From assembly GCA_038087875.1 (NCBI GenBank), contig CM075993.1, positions 5,768,001 to 5,832,000 on the forward strand: a DNA stretch of 64,000 nt. The letters are read 5' to 3'. Of the stretch, positions 37,201 through 52,500 are shown in pieces. A program made the translations under genes and the position numbers. Origin of the DNA: Malacoraja senta (taxonomy: Eukaryota). Within the stretch, counting starts at the first letter, position 1. Every line of letters starts with the position of its first letter. The notes below the pieces were generated by a model that saw nothing but the letters and a program-made list of their open reading frames with translations, did not search any database and was not told the DNA's origin.

Positions 37201-40200
37201 AAGAAGCAAAGCTGAAGTTATTTGATCATAAATGGGAGAAGGTACTTGCTTGTGATTAGCTTAACATAGAGCAAGTAGCCAGAGACTCAGCAACAACCAA
37301 GGAGCTCAAGAAGGTGGTAGAGAAGCAGAACACTTCCATTATACAAGTGTGAAAGATGGCTCGACAAAGTTACCTGGTGGTAGTATGCAGTGGAGAGAAA
37401 GAGTGGGGCAAAGGGCTGGACAAAACCAAGGTGGCTGCAGATGTGATGGCTGGAGGAGATCAGTAGGAAAAGGACCAGATTAAAGTAGAGACACAAAGGA
37501 CAAAGCAAAAAAGTGCTCAAGTAACTCAGCAAGTTAGGCAGCATCAGTGGAAGGAAATACACTGTCGAAGTTTTGGTCGAGACCATTCCTCTGGACTGAG
37601 AGCAAACAGGAGATTGGCAGTACAAAGGGGTGACGAGAATGGAGCAATGGGATGGATTGGCAGATTAAGCCAGGTTGGGGAAAGAGGGATGGAGATAAAA
37701 ACAGTTTGAGACACGACTGGAGATGGTAATCGAGGATTTTAGATGACAAATTTGATGGGAAAAGTGTGGAAGACAACATATTGAGAGGAGCATGTGGGTG
37801 ATGGATGAAATAGCTCGACGAAAAGCTAGAGGGGCTAATCCTTCACCTCCAACCTCATCATCATTCAGGAAACCAAACAGCCCTTCCACATGAAGCAGAG
37901 ATTCACATATACCTCCTTGAATCTCATTTATTCCATTTGGTGCTCTCTATGTGGTCTCCTCTACATCTGTGTGACCAAGTGCAGATGAAGTGACCGCATC
38001 GCCATGCGCCTGCGCTCTGTCCGCAATGGCCACCTGGAGCTCCAGGTTGCTAGCCATTTTAATTCCTCTCCCCATTCCAACACCAACCTGTTTTTCCTTG
38101 GCCTCCTCCACTGCCAGGGCAAGGCCAAACACAACTTGAGGAACAGCACCACACATTACGCCTCAGTAGTCTCTAACACAAAGGTATGTACGTTGAATTC
38201 TCTAACTTCAGGTTATTTGTTTTCCCTCAGTCTCCATCTACCCTTATCCTCCCACACTCTTCTTCCCACAACATCCAGCTCCCCTCTCACCCAGTCTTTC
38301 ACAGTCACTCCATGCCTACCCCACCTCCCTTATTTGGTCCCATATTCCACCTTCCTTTCCCATCTGATTCCATCATCTGCAGCCTCTGGCGACCTCACAA
38401 CCCAGACTCTGTCATGTCCACCCCTCTGTCCCCCACCTGACTTCATCCAGCCCTCCCCACCTGGATCCACCCCTCTCATGTATAGGAAAGAACTGCAGAT
38501 GCTGGTTTACACCAAAGATAGACACAAAATGCTGGAGTAACTCAGCGGGTCAAGCAGCATCTCTGGAGAGAAGGAATGGGCGATGCTTCAGATCTGATGA
38601 AGGGTTTCGACCAGAAACATCACCTATTCATTTTCTTCATGGTGCTGCCTGACCCGCAGTTACTCCAGCATTTTGTGTCTATCCACTCATCTCATGTCAG
38701 CTCTCTCCCACCAGCTCATCTCTTTGTACCGGCCAGCTCCCCTCCACTGTTTCAGTTCAGAGGAAGAGTCAGGTCATGACAAAACATCAACTGTCCATTT
38801 CCCTCCACAGATGTTACCTGACCTGCTGAGTTCTTCCAGCAGGTTGTTCCTTGACCAGATTTAAATACTTTCCATTTGTACTCTGGAAGTAATACCTCAC
38901 ATCAAGGCCAATGAGCAATGGGCAATCCGGCGTGGGGGGACTGCCATGAGGGGCGGGGGGGGGGGGGGCGAGGGGGGAGAACAAAGGGGGAACTGGCGTG
39001 GATGGGGGATTTGTACCTTTATCAGCGTCCTTTATGGGCGACTATTTGCATACCTTGGCACGGTATTCAAGTAAAGAATTTCACAGTGACTTGTCACATG
39101 TGACAATAAAGTATTCAATTCAAGATCATCATTTATGTTTTCTAGTCCAATCCAACACACTAACCAACAGGAACCATACATTGGGCGTGATTATTCATCA
39201 CTGGCATAGGCTGGGTTGACTTTCCTCCCTCCCTCCCTCCCTCCCTCCCCACAATTACCACTCTATTCCACTGGAAGGTGCAATGCAATTGAATTTTTTT
39301 GGTTACTATCCATTAACTCACCCACACAATACTTTATGTAAGCTATTCAACTGTAGATTAAGCCCGACAACTGAATGTTACAACAGAGTGGCTTATGTTA
39401 CTGAACTGCATCCTGGGCTAGGAACAAGAAGAAATTTAACTTGTCCCTTGACCAAAGAAATTAAGGCTAATTGCAACAAATCTGCAGGCCACCTCTGGTT
39501 CCATGATGGATCAATCGGATGATGCAAAGCACAGAGTCCATTAAAAAAGGAGAGCAGCTGGACAACTCAATGGGTCAGCTGCCCTCGATTTTTGCTACAG
39601 GTTCCAGTCTCTTGTGCCACTATATGCAGAGTAAATTAGAGTTTAGACTGATAACAGGTGCTGGACCCCACCAATACGAGAACATTAACATCTAAGAAAT
39701 TTTCATAAAGATTCTCCTCAATTTAAGTTTCCAGCCTTAAGATGTGAAGAACAGACTTTAAAAATTTAAATAACACTGGGAAGATATTTGTGTGCTGTAT
39801 CTCTCTAACCCACAATAAAAAAAGTCACTCATTCAGACTATTCCAGCCAGCAACAAAAGGATCAAATACTAAAATAAACAATGGTTGAAAATAAAGGGGA
39901 TATTTTCTTCAGAAAACCCAAACACACAGCATTTTCAATCGTTCATGATTTAATCTAAGTTCCCAACCACCATCCATGTTGAAGATGTTGGAGTTGGGAG
40001 ATTCTTTATTACTCTCTTCCCAACTAAAGCTAAGAATTGAAAATTCATTCCACATTTTAATAATTGGTTCAAATGTTTTTTTTTTTTAAGAGATACAGTG
40101 TGGAAACAGGCCCTTTGGTCCACGAAGTCCACGCCTACCACTAGCACTATCCTACACACTAGGGACAATTTACAATTTACAGAGGCCAATTAACCTACAA

Positions 40201-43200
40201 ACCTGTACTTTTTCCTTGGCCTCCTCCACTGCCAGGGCAAGGCCAAACACAACTTGAGGAACAACACCACATATTACGCCTCAGTAGTCTCTAACCCAAA
40301 GGCATGTACTCCATGCCTACCCCACCTCCCTTATTTTGGAGTGTGGGAGGAAACCAAAACTCCATCGAAAACCTACATGGTCACGGGTACAAACTTTGTA
40401 CAAACAGCACCTGTTGTCAGGATCGAACCTGGGTCTCTAGTGCTGTAAGGCAGCAACTCTACTGCTGCACCACCGTGGCTGGAAAACTCAGCCAGTGGGA
40501 GAGGGTTGTGTTTTTAAACTAAGAAATTCAACATGGAGATGGGCCTCGGGCAAGCAGAAATCCTTATTGATTACTCAGCACCACTTATGATCAGTCAGTG
40601 TTGACTGGGGTCTACGTTCATCTAAAAATACAACACTTGAAACATCATCTTGTTGCAAATGCTCATGTTCACCATCAGTATTTCAAATGTTGGTTTCAAG
40701 CATTTCAAAATAGGGAGAATAAAGCAACAATGAAATGGAAGGCAAAGACCACAAAATAACATATCCCACTGAGAAATGAGCGCAATGGATTTTTACAGAA
40801 GAGGGTTACATGAGAGGAACTAAATATTTGGAAATTGATACAGAAATTAAACTTGTTCATTGGAATTGTGCACCTGACCCTTCAGCGTTATATGCTCTTC
40901 TCTTTATAGATGCTGACAGGCCATCCACATGGTGTTTTATTGCAGCAACGCAGTGTCATCAATCCTCCCTCAGCAATAATAGGAAGAGAGGGTCCCCCCC
41001 CCACCCCCACCCCTCACAAAACCACAGCTGACAATAATTCTTTCTGCATGGTTTGATGTTGATGATCATCATGCCAGTCCATTTGATACAAAAGAGCTCA
41101 TGGAAAATGTATATTAGTTACATAGCACAGATGCTACACACACACACAAACAGAAATCTCTACAGCTCAGGTTACCAATGCCAACAGATCTTCATGGCAT
41201 CCTAACTGAACTTTCATCCATCAGTCAGGCAAGGGGGCCAAGAACTGTAAGCTGTTCACAATATTGAAATAGGATTGACCAAAAGCATCAGGCAGCATAG
41301 TTTAGAGGTATAGTCCTGGAATCTGGCCCTTCGGCCCACGTCGACCAGTGATCACCAGTATACTGGTCCCATCCTACACCAAGGACAATTTACAGAAGCC
41401 AATTAACTTGCACGTCTTTAGGATGTGGGAGGAAACCGGAACTTCCGAAGAAAACCTACACGGCCACAGGGAGAACATACAAACTCTGTACAGACAGCAC
41501 CTGTAGTCAGGATTGAACCCGGGTCTCTAGTGCTGTAAGGCACCAACTCTACCGCTGTACCACTTTGCTGCCCCAAATGCAATGTCTGTACTTAAGGACG
41601 ACATTTTATCTTGAGACTGCAGTTGGGAATCCCTTCATGAAGAGAGAGATTTCAGTGATAATCAACCAGAGTGCAGGCAGGACAAATCATTTCATAGCTC
41701 TAGGGCCATGAGCTTCAGTGTTACAGATAAACTTTATTACAGTTGTATTTATACCAATGGAACAGCATGCTTGCAGAGTATTCCATAACAAATGGCACAG
41801 AATCCAAACACAGCATCCACTTGGTGTTGAATGTACTGTAGTAGAAACGTTACACTAATGATCGAGTTTTTATGGCTTCTCATTGTTTTGCGCATAGCTG
41901 TGCTCATGTCACTGACCCGATGGCCCTAAACCATGCAGTGAGCACCACCAATAGACTGTTTTCAATCAGTGAAAATCTTTTGTGCAAAATGAACCTTCCA
42001 TGTTCAAAGGTTACAGCCAATTCCAGAAACTCAAGTTTCCAAATTCATGGCTCATGATCCATAGAAACATTTTCGAAATAGGTGCAGGATAGGCCATTCG
42101 GCCCTTCGAGCCAGCACCGCCATTCAATATGATCATGGCTGATCACCCAAAATCAGTACCCTGTTCCTGCTTTCTCCCCATATCCCTTGATTCCATTAGC
42201 CCCAAGAGCTATATCTAACTCAAAAGGCAGACAGGATTGTTCACAGAAACATTCGGCTTAAAACAGCCAGAATTAAAAGGCACAACATGGTTTTCATTTT
42301 CTACGCCCAGATGGGACTCAGGAACCTTTTCTGAAAATTGTTGGCTTAGGACAGTGTTACAATCTCAACAAAGAGGGGGAGAAAAACTCTGGCAAATGAC
42401 ATAACACATTTGTACCTAGTATTTTTGATGGGGACAGCTACCTTAGAGAAAACGTACCTTGCCCTCCAGGGTACATGCACCTGAACGCTCTTCCAAGCTC
42501 TTCAGCTTGCACCCTCCCTGCTGGTGTCAGCTCACCACCCCATTTCAGCACCAGAAGCAAGGATGGATCCTCCCTCCTCGAATCTGTAAAGAAACCACAC
42601 ACACCAAAATGGCATGAATAGCATTTAGCACAACTCCATGTTGAAGTCAGATTAAAAGGCCCCCATCCTCCTCTCGCTCCCAAGTGTTAAGACTGTGTTA
42701 GGAATAGCAAGTGTTAAAAAAAGGACATTTTGGGAAAAGCAGCATTTATTGCTCATGCCAGCTTGTACAATGAGGCCTGCTGGCTCATTTCAGCATGCAG
42801 CCAAGAGTCAAACACATTGCTGAAGGTCTGAAATCACTTTTTGGCTACGTTTTTTACAAAAACGTATGCACTTTTCGATAAAAACAAAAAATCCAATCTT
42901 TTTGGGTTGCCATTATGACCGACATTAAATTCTAGATTATTTTAAACTAAATTTAAATTCCCAGCTGTCACACTGGGATTTAAAGAAATTCTGCATTGTT
43001 AATCAAGGCTGGATTACCATACACCAATGTAACCAACTACACCTGCATGGGTTTGGTCCTTGGCTTGTAATATTAACTGCACCAATTGGGAAACAGGAGA
43101 ACAGCTGAAATTGGTCTCAGAATCCATGGAACGGCAGAATTATGTAGGATTCGCACTCTAGACACCACCTGGTGATGTGTACTTCAGAATTGTGACGTTT

Positions 43201-46200
43201 TGACCAAGGATTTACATGAGATATCTTCCACAGAGTTGACAGTCTGGAGAAGGGTTTCGGCCCATCTCCTTCGCTCCATAGATGCTGCTGCACCCGCTGA
43301 GTTTCTCCAGCATTTTTGTGTACCTTCCACAGAGTTGATTTTGTTAATACACATCAGCCAGCCTCATGTTTTAAGGACGAGCCCAGCAGTGAGAATTAGT
43401 TGGTAGTTAATCTACTGTGAACACTCAGCTTCAATACGTGGGGAGGGGGTGGGGGGGGGGGGGGAGGGGTGAAGCTAAGTTCTGCTCTAGAAACAACAAT
43501 GTAATTCAAGAGAAAGACAAGGAACTGCAGATGCTGGAATCTTGAGTAAAAGACAAAGTGCTCGAGTAACTCGGCAGGTCAGGCAGCATATTTTAATGGA
43601 ATATGGGCAAGACAAAGCCTGGCTAGTGATGGGTGATACAGGGGAGAGGGGCAATTGATTGGCTGGTAGGTGATCAAAGGCTAGGGAAGCATGGGATATC
43701 ATCTGAAGAAGGGTCTCAACCTGAAACGTCACCCATTCCTTTTCTCCAGAGATGCTGACTGTCCCGCTGAGTTACTCCAGCATTTTGTGTATGTCATTCC
43801 CAGAGTTGATTTGTAAACGTGCCATTCAAGCTACTTCTCCCTCCCAATGGGGAGGGCTACGTTAACAACGGTGTTCTATCTCAATGAAGACAATAAACAG
43901 AATATATCTTCTCAGATCGACCTACAATTGTACATTCCATACCTTCCTCTTCACTGGATGTCTTGGGCTGTCCATGTGGCAAATATGTTATTTGTACTTT
44001 CCTATTTATTCCAGAGAAATGACCATACCTGCAACAGAAATGGCACATTAATAGAGAACAGTGGGAATTCAGTGGTCAGTCGGCCTCAGAACGAGTTTGA
44101 TAAAGTAGAGTAGGTCTATAAATACTGGGCCACCAACCAAACAGGAGAGGGTGGTTCATGGAAGGGAGCCAACATCTTCCAATGATCAGATGTCAGCTGA
44201 AACCTTGTTCCAAGTCTATATTAGCAAACAGTAACTTCAAGATGTGCAAGTTGAAGTTTAAAAAAAAATAGACACGCCAAGATATTAATGCAGTGAAACC
44301 TTGGTAACATCCATAATGCAAACATTGCCTGGACCTCTTTCTTCTCCTCCCCCCCCCCCCCCCCCCCAACCCCCACCAACACTTAGACTTACATTTCCAG
44401 TACAGTCTTCAGCTGTTCCAACTTGGATTTCTTCTCCTCAATTTCACAGTCATTATGTTGCCCGAGTTCAGCTAAAAGATCACGACTAATGTCTAGAACT
44501 TCCTGCGGGGACCAAGAGAGAATCAGGTCTGAAGATATATCAGGCAGCTCGGGTACCATTGCAAGACAGTTCACTTTAACAATTGAAGTGCTACATTGGA
44601 ATGTTCCTGGGTATATGCTCCCGTGTCATTTAAGCCCCACAGCCTGACCCCCTTCTCCCTTGTGCACAACCGCAGGTGGTTATTGGAAACACAAGAAACT
44701 GCAGATGATGGAATCTTGAGCAAAGATCAAAGTGCTGGAGGATTTGAGTTCTTCCAGCACCGTTTTTTGAGCAGGTGGTTACTGTCCACTGTAGGCACAG
44801 CTTTGTCAGTGGCCATAAAGTCAATGCACTAATCTGCATTATATCATCATATAAAGTGATATGTTTGTGACAGTACACACAGTAAGACATACTGGCACTT
44901 CTAACAATTTGTCTTGTTTAATTTTCCAGCCACATGATACAATTATTCACTAATCACACATGTAAGGACTTTGTTTATGAAAAAAAGCACTGGCCATATG
45001 TATTTAAGCAATAAATCACAGGCTGTTGATTTCACAATAGGATAAAAATGTTTGCAAAATTAAAAAAAATTCTTGATGATAAACACAGCAGGCTCTTTCA
45101 ACAAAGAGAAGCAGACAACCAATTAAGATGTACTGTAAAGGGAGACTTAAGGGATTGTACTGACAGTCTAAGAAACAAACTCAAACGTTTCTGCTGTTGC
45201 AAACTCGGCATCAACAAAGGGTGTAAATGTAGGTTGCGGAAGAGGCAAAGGTGTTGGTCATCATTTTTCATGCCGCTAAGATGAACGTGCTATGTGAATA
45301 TACTGCCTGAACAATCCTGTACTTTACTTCTTGGTTCCATATCACTGGGAACAACATTCAGCTGCACAAGAAAGTCCTGAGGCAAGGCAAGATGGGCGCA
45401 TAAGCCCCAGGGCTTAGTGGGAGCAGTAGGGAGCATCAAGACGCAGCCATTTTACGCATTAGATTCCCGAGAGCTGGGTGTACCTGGAAGATGTTTTCTG
45501 GGAGCAGTCAGCCTGCTACTGGAACAATCAGGGGCTGATGTTGCTTACAGTGGGGTTCCCAAAGGGCAATATTTGAAAATTATTTAGCTGAGAATTTTCT
45601 CATACCTGAAGTTGTTTTGGTTTCTTAAGTTTCAGCTTTCCGGTCTTGTATCCGTCATATTTCCCAAACAAGTCAAAGAACCTAGGAGGAAACAAAAATG
45701 TAAGGTATTAGTTTAGAGACAGATAAAGACTTCAGCTCAGTATGGGAAATTTAACTTAATAAAAGTAGTGTGTGTCGCAGTCAAGATCACATTTCCTCTC
45801 TGGACCAGAATAAAACGTATTTGCAAAAAGCCATAACAAATAAACTGGGACAAACTGCAAGCAGGAGGCCAAATGTTTCATTGACCTTGTCTCTTCAAAC
45901 AGGTCTAGGTAACAATCGAGAAGATACAAGAATACACACCGTTAAATTTGACTAAGCCTTCTTATTTTAAACTGTCCATAACAACTGTGCACCGAGCTAA
46001 TAAATCAGCATTGCTTCTCCCAAATGCCACTCAATTTCATAGGCTTTTAATTTACAAAGAGGTTTGAATGAAGACACTTTAGATCATTTAACATTATTTT
46101 TATCCTGTCACATCCAGATCTACTGAAAAGCTAAACACTGCAGATGCTGGAAATCTGAGATAAAACCAGAAAATACTGGAGATATCCAGCAGGTCATGCA

Positions 46201-49200
46201 GCTTCTGTGGAGACAGGCAAAGTTAATGTTTCAGGAGACATTAACTTAGTAGCACTCTCCATACAATTTGCCCGATCAACTGAGTAACACTAGCATTTTC
46301 TGCATTTTGTTAAGATATCTAGCTGTTTCTTGTGTCCGGGTCTCACCCATTCTTGCTGCTAAATCCATTTCAGCTGGATTTACGATCTTCAACGAAGAAA
46401 TTTCTCCTCATCAGAGACTAAATTGGACAATCCTTATTTTGAAACTGTTCCTGATTGTTCTTGGTATCCCCACTGGGGAAATATCCTCCCAGCCCCATCA
46501 ATCTCTCACTGAATCTAGCACATTTCAATAAATTCACACCTACATATATACATAGAAAATAGGTGCAGGAGTAGGCCATTCGGCCCTTCGAGCCTGCACC
46601 GCCATTCAATATGATCATGGCTGATCATCCAACTCAGTATCCCGTACCTGTCTTCTCTCCATACCCCCTGATCCCTTTAGCCACAAGGGCCACATCTAAC
46701 TCCCTCTTAAATATAGCCAAGGAACTGGCCTCAACTACCCTCTGTGGCAGAGAGTTCCAGAGATTCTCCACTCTCTGTGTGAAAACGTTTTTTCTCATCT
46801 CGGTCTTAAAGGATTTCCCCCTTATCCTTAAGCTGTGACCCCCTTGTCCTGGACTTCCCCAACATCGGGAACAATCTTCCTGCATCTAGCCTGTCCAACC
46901 CCATAAGAATTTTGTACATTTCTATAAGATCCCCTCTCAATCTCCTAAATTCTAGCGAGTATAAGCCAAGTCTATCCAGTCTTTCTTCATATGAAAGTCC
47001 TGACATCCCAGGAATCAGTCTGGTGAACCTTCTCTGCACTCCCTCTATGGCTATAATGTCCTTCCTCAGATTTGGAGACCAAAACTGTACGCAATACTCC
47101 AGGTGTGGTCTCACCAAGACCCTGTACAACTGCAGTAGAACCTCCCTGCTCCTATACTCAAATCCTTTTGCTATGAAAGCTAACATACCATTCGCTTTCT
47201 TCACTGCCTGCTGCACCTGCATGCCTACTTTCAATGACTGGTGTACCATGCCACCCAGGTCTCGCTGCATCTCCCCTTTTCCTAATCAGCCACCATTTAG
47301 ATAATAGTCTGCTTTCCTGTTTTTGCCACCAAAGTGGATAACCTCACATTTATCCACATTATACTGCATCTGCCAAACATTTGCCCACTCACCCAGCCTA
47401 TCCAAGTCACCTTGCAGTCTCCTAGCATCCTCCTCACAGCTAACACTGCCCCCCAGCTTAGTGTCATCCGCAAACTTGGAGATGTTGCCTTCAATTCCCT
47501 CATCCAGGTCATTAATATAAATTGTAAATAGCTGGGGTCCCAGCACTGAGCCTTGCGGTACCCCACTAGTCACTGCCTGCCATTGTGAAAAGGACCCGTT
47601 TACTCCTACTCTTTGCTTCCTGTTTGCCAGCCAGTTCTCTATCCACATCAATACTGAACCCCCAATACCGTGTGCTTTAAGTTTGTATACTAATCTCTTA
47701 TGTGGGACCTTGTCGAAAGCCTTCTGAAAGTCCAGATACAACACATCCACTGGTTCTCCCCTATCCACTCTACTAGTTACATCCTCGAAAAATTCTATAA
47801 GATTCGTCAGACATGATTTACCTTTCGTAAATCCATGCTGACTTTGTCCAATGATTTCACCACTTTCCAAATGTGCTGCTATCCCATCTTTAATAACTGA
47901 CTCTAGCAGTTTCCCCACTACCGATGTTAGACTAACTGGTCTGTAATTCCCCGTTTTCTCTCTCCCTCCCTTCTTAAAAAGTGGGGTTACGTTTGCTACC
48001 CTCCAATCCTCAGGAACTACTCCAGAATCTAAAGAGTTTTGAAAAAGTATCACACCTCATTCTTTTAGACTCAAATTAGGCACAACCTCTTCATATATCA
48101 ATCCTCATCCCAAGGAATTAACCTAGTGAATCATCTCTCTGTCTCTAACTATGTCCTTCAAAGTGTGGGGACCACATCCAAGCAAATTACTCCAAATGTT
48201 GTCTTACATTTCTTACATTGTCTTACAAATGTTGCACAGCAAAGTTGTATCAAAACTCTTTACAAAGTTTTATACTCAAAAGCTTTACAATAAAGGACAA
48301 GACATCACTAAATTTCATGTATTACAACCTCCAGAAATGTTTGCACCACATTCTGCACTTACACCATTCAATTAATAACTTCCTTTTTTTATTTTCCTTC
48401 CAAAGTGCATAATGTCACATTGTCCTGGTTTAAACTCCAGTTGCCAACTTTATCTTTATCTCTTGCGAAATGCATTCACTTCACAACTTGCTCACCCACC
48501 TATTTTTGCATCATCAGCAAGTTTGGCTATAACCTACTCTACTGTAGCATTATAGAGCACACAACACAGACACATGCTCATCAGCCCACGTTGTCCATGT
48601 TAACCAAGTTGGAATACGTTTGCCTGCATTTTGCCCATAGCCCTCTAAACCCTTCCTATTCATTTATCTGTCCAATGTCTTTTATTGATTAGATTTGGTC
48701 ATCCGCATCAATAACAGATTATGGATAATTGAGCATCGATTCCAGAGGCATCCCACTTGTTACTGATAAACCAATGCAAAAAAAGTCCCATTTATCCCAG
48801 TTATCTATTTTCTGTAGTTACTATTCTCCCATCTGCATCAAATTATAACCCTATCTCATGTACAACCTTTCATTCGCCACCTTATTAAATGGCCACTGAA
48901 AAGCCAAATATCATCAGTGCCTGGTTCACATTTATCCACCCTGTTTGTTTTACCTTCAAAGTGCTAGCAAATAGGTCAAACCTGATTTCCCTTTCATGAA
49001 ATCATGCTAAATTGTCTGATTGTTTTACGTGTTTTTTTTTTAAATGTTCTGTTAGTTCCTTAATAGTAGATTCCAGCATTTCCCTACTATCAGGCTCATG
49101 GCCCATTCCTTCTCTCCAGAGATGTTGCCTGTCCCGCTGATTTATTCCAGCATTCCGTGTCTATTTATGGATCTGTTTCCTGCTCTCTGTCTCCCTCCTT

Positions 49201-49541
49201 TATTGAACAGTGGCATTACACACATTTGTTCCGGTATTTCCATACACAATATCCCTCAAAACATTATCTCCCACACTTACTCTTCAAGCCTTCATTTCAC
49301 TAATTAATTTATTGTCACCTGCACCTAGATGCAGTGGCACAATTATACACAAGGGAAAGAGTGCAATGGTTGTAAAGTAAAAATATTAGCAGATTTCTTC
49401 TGAGACAGTTCACCAGAATCACCACATCTCTGGTGCCTTTGAATATCAAGTTCTTAAAAATAGTTTTATCTTGGCCTAAAAGGCCCACTGCCATGGCGGC
49501 GACCAGTCTCTGAACCTGTACTCGCTGGAGTTTAGAAGGAT

Positions 49542-49573
<32 letters not shown>

Positions 49574-52500
49574 AATCTCACCAAAACCTACCAGATAATG
49601 AAAGGTTTCGATATAGTGGACTTGCAAAGGATGTTCCCAGTAATGGGAGAGCCTAGGACCACAGGGCACCGCCTCAACAATATGACATACCTGTAGAATG
49701 GAAATGAGGCATTTTCTTTCGCCAGGGCATGGTGAATCTGTGGAATTCACTGGCACAGACTTAACTTGATGTGGAAGCCAAGACATTGGGAATTTTTAAA
49801 GCGGAGATTGATAGTTTCTGATATGGGCGTCAAAGTTTACGGGGAAAAGGCACGAGAATGGGGTTGAATGGAAAAAATAGTTTAGCTCTGATCAAATTGT
49901 GGAGTAGACGCGATGGGATAAATGCCTTAATCCTGCTCCTATGCATTGAGAACTGACATGAGTCCGGTTCAGTTTGGAATAGAAATAATTGAGCATCGAC
50001 AACTATGGTTTAGGTGGAGTCGTGGTACTCGGCGAGCACTCTCATCTTTAAATAAGAAGATTTCAGGTTCGGAGACCGGAGAACAAAAATCCATTGCAAT
50101 GACGTCCGAGGGAGCTGTTGGAAATATTACACCAAGTCTCTGCTTGCTGTCTCAGGCAGATGTATAAACATCTGACAGCAATGTTTTGAAGAACAGGAGA
50201 ATTCTCTTCAGTGCATTAGTCCATATTTAATTTAAAAAATATATCTGGTCATCATCAGCCTGCTGTTTATTGGAGTTAGCTATGCAAGGTTGTCTGCCAT
50301 GTTTCCCTACATTATAACAGTGAGCATGCTGCCAATCAGTGCTATTGAAGAAGTGTCATTTTAAAGTTTTGAAAGATGGTCATTGAGCTGTGCAGCACGG
50401 AAATAAGTCCTTCAGCCCACGCTGTCCATGCCAACCAAGTTAGTATTCGGGGCTGGCCCCATTTGCCTGCATTTGGCCCATTGCCCTCTAAACCCTTCCT
50501 GTCCATAGATCTGTCCAAATGTCTTTTAAAAAGCATAATTGCATTTCTGTAGCTTCCCTTGGCAGCTCATTCTAAATACAGACTACCCGCCAAGTGAAAA
50601 AGTTGCTCCAGATGTCACTCTTAAATCTCCCCATTCTAACTTTAAGCTGATGTCCCCCATTGTAGAATTTCCCACCCTGGGAAGATGACTGTTAGCATTC
50701 ACTTTATCCATACTATAGAAATGCAAGTCTCTTACTTTATATTAGCAGTGATTACTATAAGCCACTTGCGGATAGCGCAGAGGCCTTCCAATGACATGCC
50801 AAGGACAGCATTAAGCCTTTCTTCTCCGCGCGAGAACAGAGTAAACACAATGCACGTGGTTAAGCCTCCTGCCAGCAGGTTCATTAGAAAATAGTGTCAA
50901 GTTTTTTTAAGCTAGTCAGTAACAAAATCCATCTTCATAAAAAAAAACCTTGTGCAGGAATTGTTCAGAGTCAAGAGTCCAACAATTCAACACTTCTGGT
51001 CACCCTCACACAAGACAAAGGAGTCACAAAGTTTAAAGAAAATTCAATAAACATGATGACATTTATAGGTCTGCTTTCCCTGGTTGATTGAGGTATATAC
51101 AAATTATGAAGAGTATAAATAGCGTACACTGTGGGGAAACATTTCCCCTCACTAGACGTTATTCCCTTCATCATGTATCTGTACATTGTGGACGGCTCGA
51201 TTGTAATCATGTATAACCTTTCCGCTGACTGGTTAGCACGCAACAAAAGCTTTTCACGGTACCTCATTATGCGTGACAATAAACTAAACTATACATCAGA
51301 GGTAGATAAAACTATCAGATGTAGATTTAGGGTAAGGTGCAAGTAATTTAGAGAGGATTGGAGGGAGAATCTTTATCACCCAGAGAGAGGCAGACAGCAG
51401 CATGTACTGCTGGGGAGAGTTGTGGAAGCAAAATTGCCGACAGCACTTGAATCACCCAGGCATAGAGGAGCTACAGACCATAGGCAGGAGATTAGATTAA
51501 TTATGGATGTGTGCGTGGATGTGGTGAACAGAATGACTGTTTCCATTCTGTCTGAATCTACAACTTGTCATTTGGGGTTTTGAGGTCCCAAGAGATGATA
51601 GTCCATTTGTATGACTACACACACCACCTTCCCCCAAATGATTACTTTCTCATCTACGTTGACTTTGAGGGAGAACATTATCAAGGACATCATGAAAACT
51701 CATTGCTCTGTGCTCCAGGACTTTAATTTCCATCCTCAGTGAAATAACAGTTAAGATACTGACTTGATTATAATAGGTAGACAAAAATGCTGGAGGCAGC
51801 ATCCATGGAGCGAAGGAAATAGGCGACGTTTCAGGTCGTGACTCTTCTTCAGACTGATGTGAGGGTGGGGGGGGGGGGGGGAGAAGAAGAAAGGAAGAGG
51901 CGGAGACAGTGGGCTTAGGGAGAGCTGGGAAGGGGAGGAGAAAGCAGGGACTACCTGAAATTGGAGAAGTCAATGTTCATACCGCTGGGGTATAAACTGC
52001 CCAAGCGAAATACGAGGTGCTGCTCCTCCAATTTACGGTGGGCCTCAATATTCCTTTGTGGCAGCCCTATATGTGCAATCTAGGGAGTGCAATAAGGTTT
52101 GAATGGGTAAGATGGCTGTGGAGGACAAGTCATTGGGTATTTTTAAGGTGGTGATTGACGGATACTTGATTAGCAAGGGTCAAGGGTTATGGGGAGAAGG
52201 TAGGAGAATGGAATTGAGAGGGAAAGATTGATGGCAGAGTAGATTCGATAGGCCGAAAGGCCTACTTCTGCTCCTGTGACTTATGAATGTATAGCCATCA
52301 GGAGAAGCAATAGACTGCTGGCTACTGAGCCACAACTACTAGTCATTGTTCAAGAGGCAGATATTCCTGGGTTGCACACACAAGCCTTCCAAGTATCTAA
52401 CCAGAGATCCCTGCACCCCTTCAATTGCAACCTCCTGCACATCCCATATACGTGAAGCCAATTTACATTAAGCAAGACCCCTCAAGCACTTACAATATAG

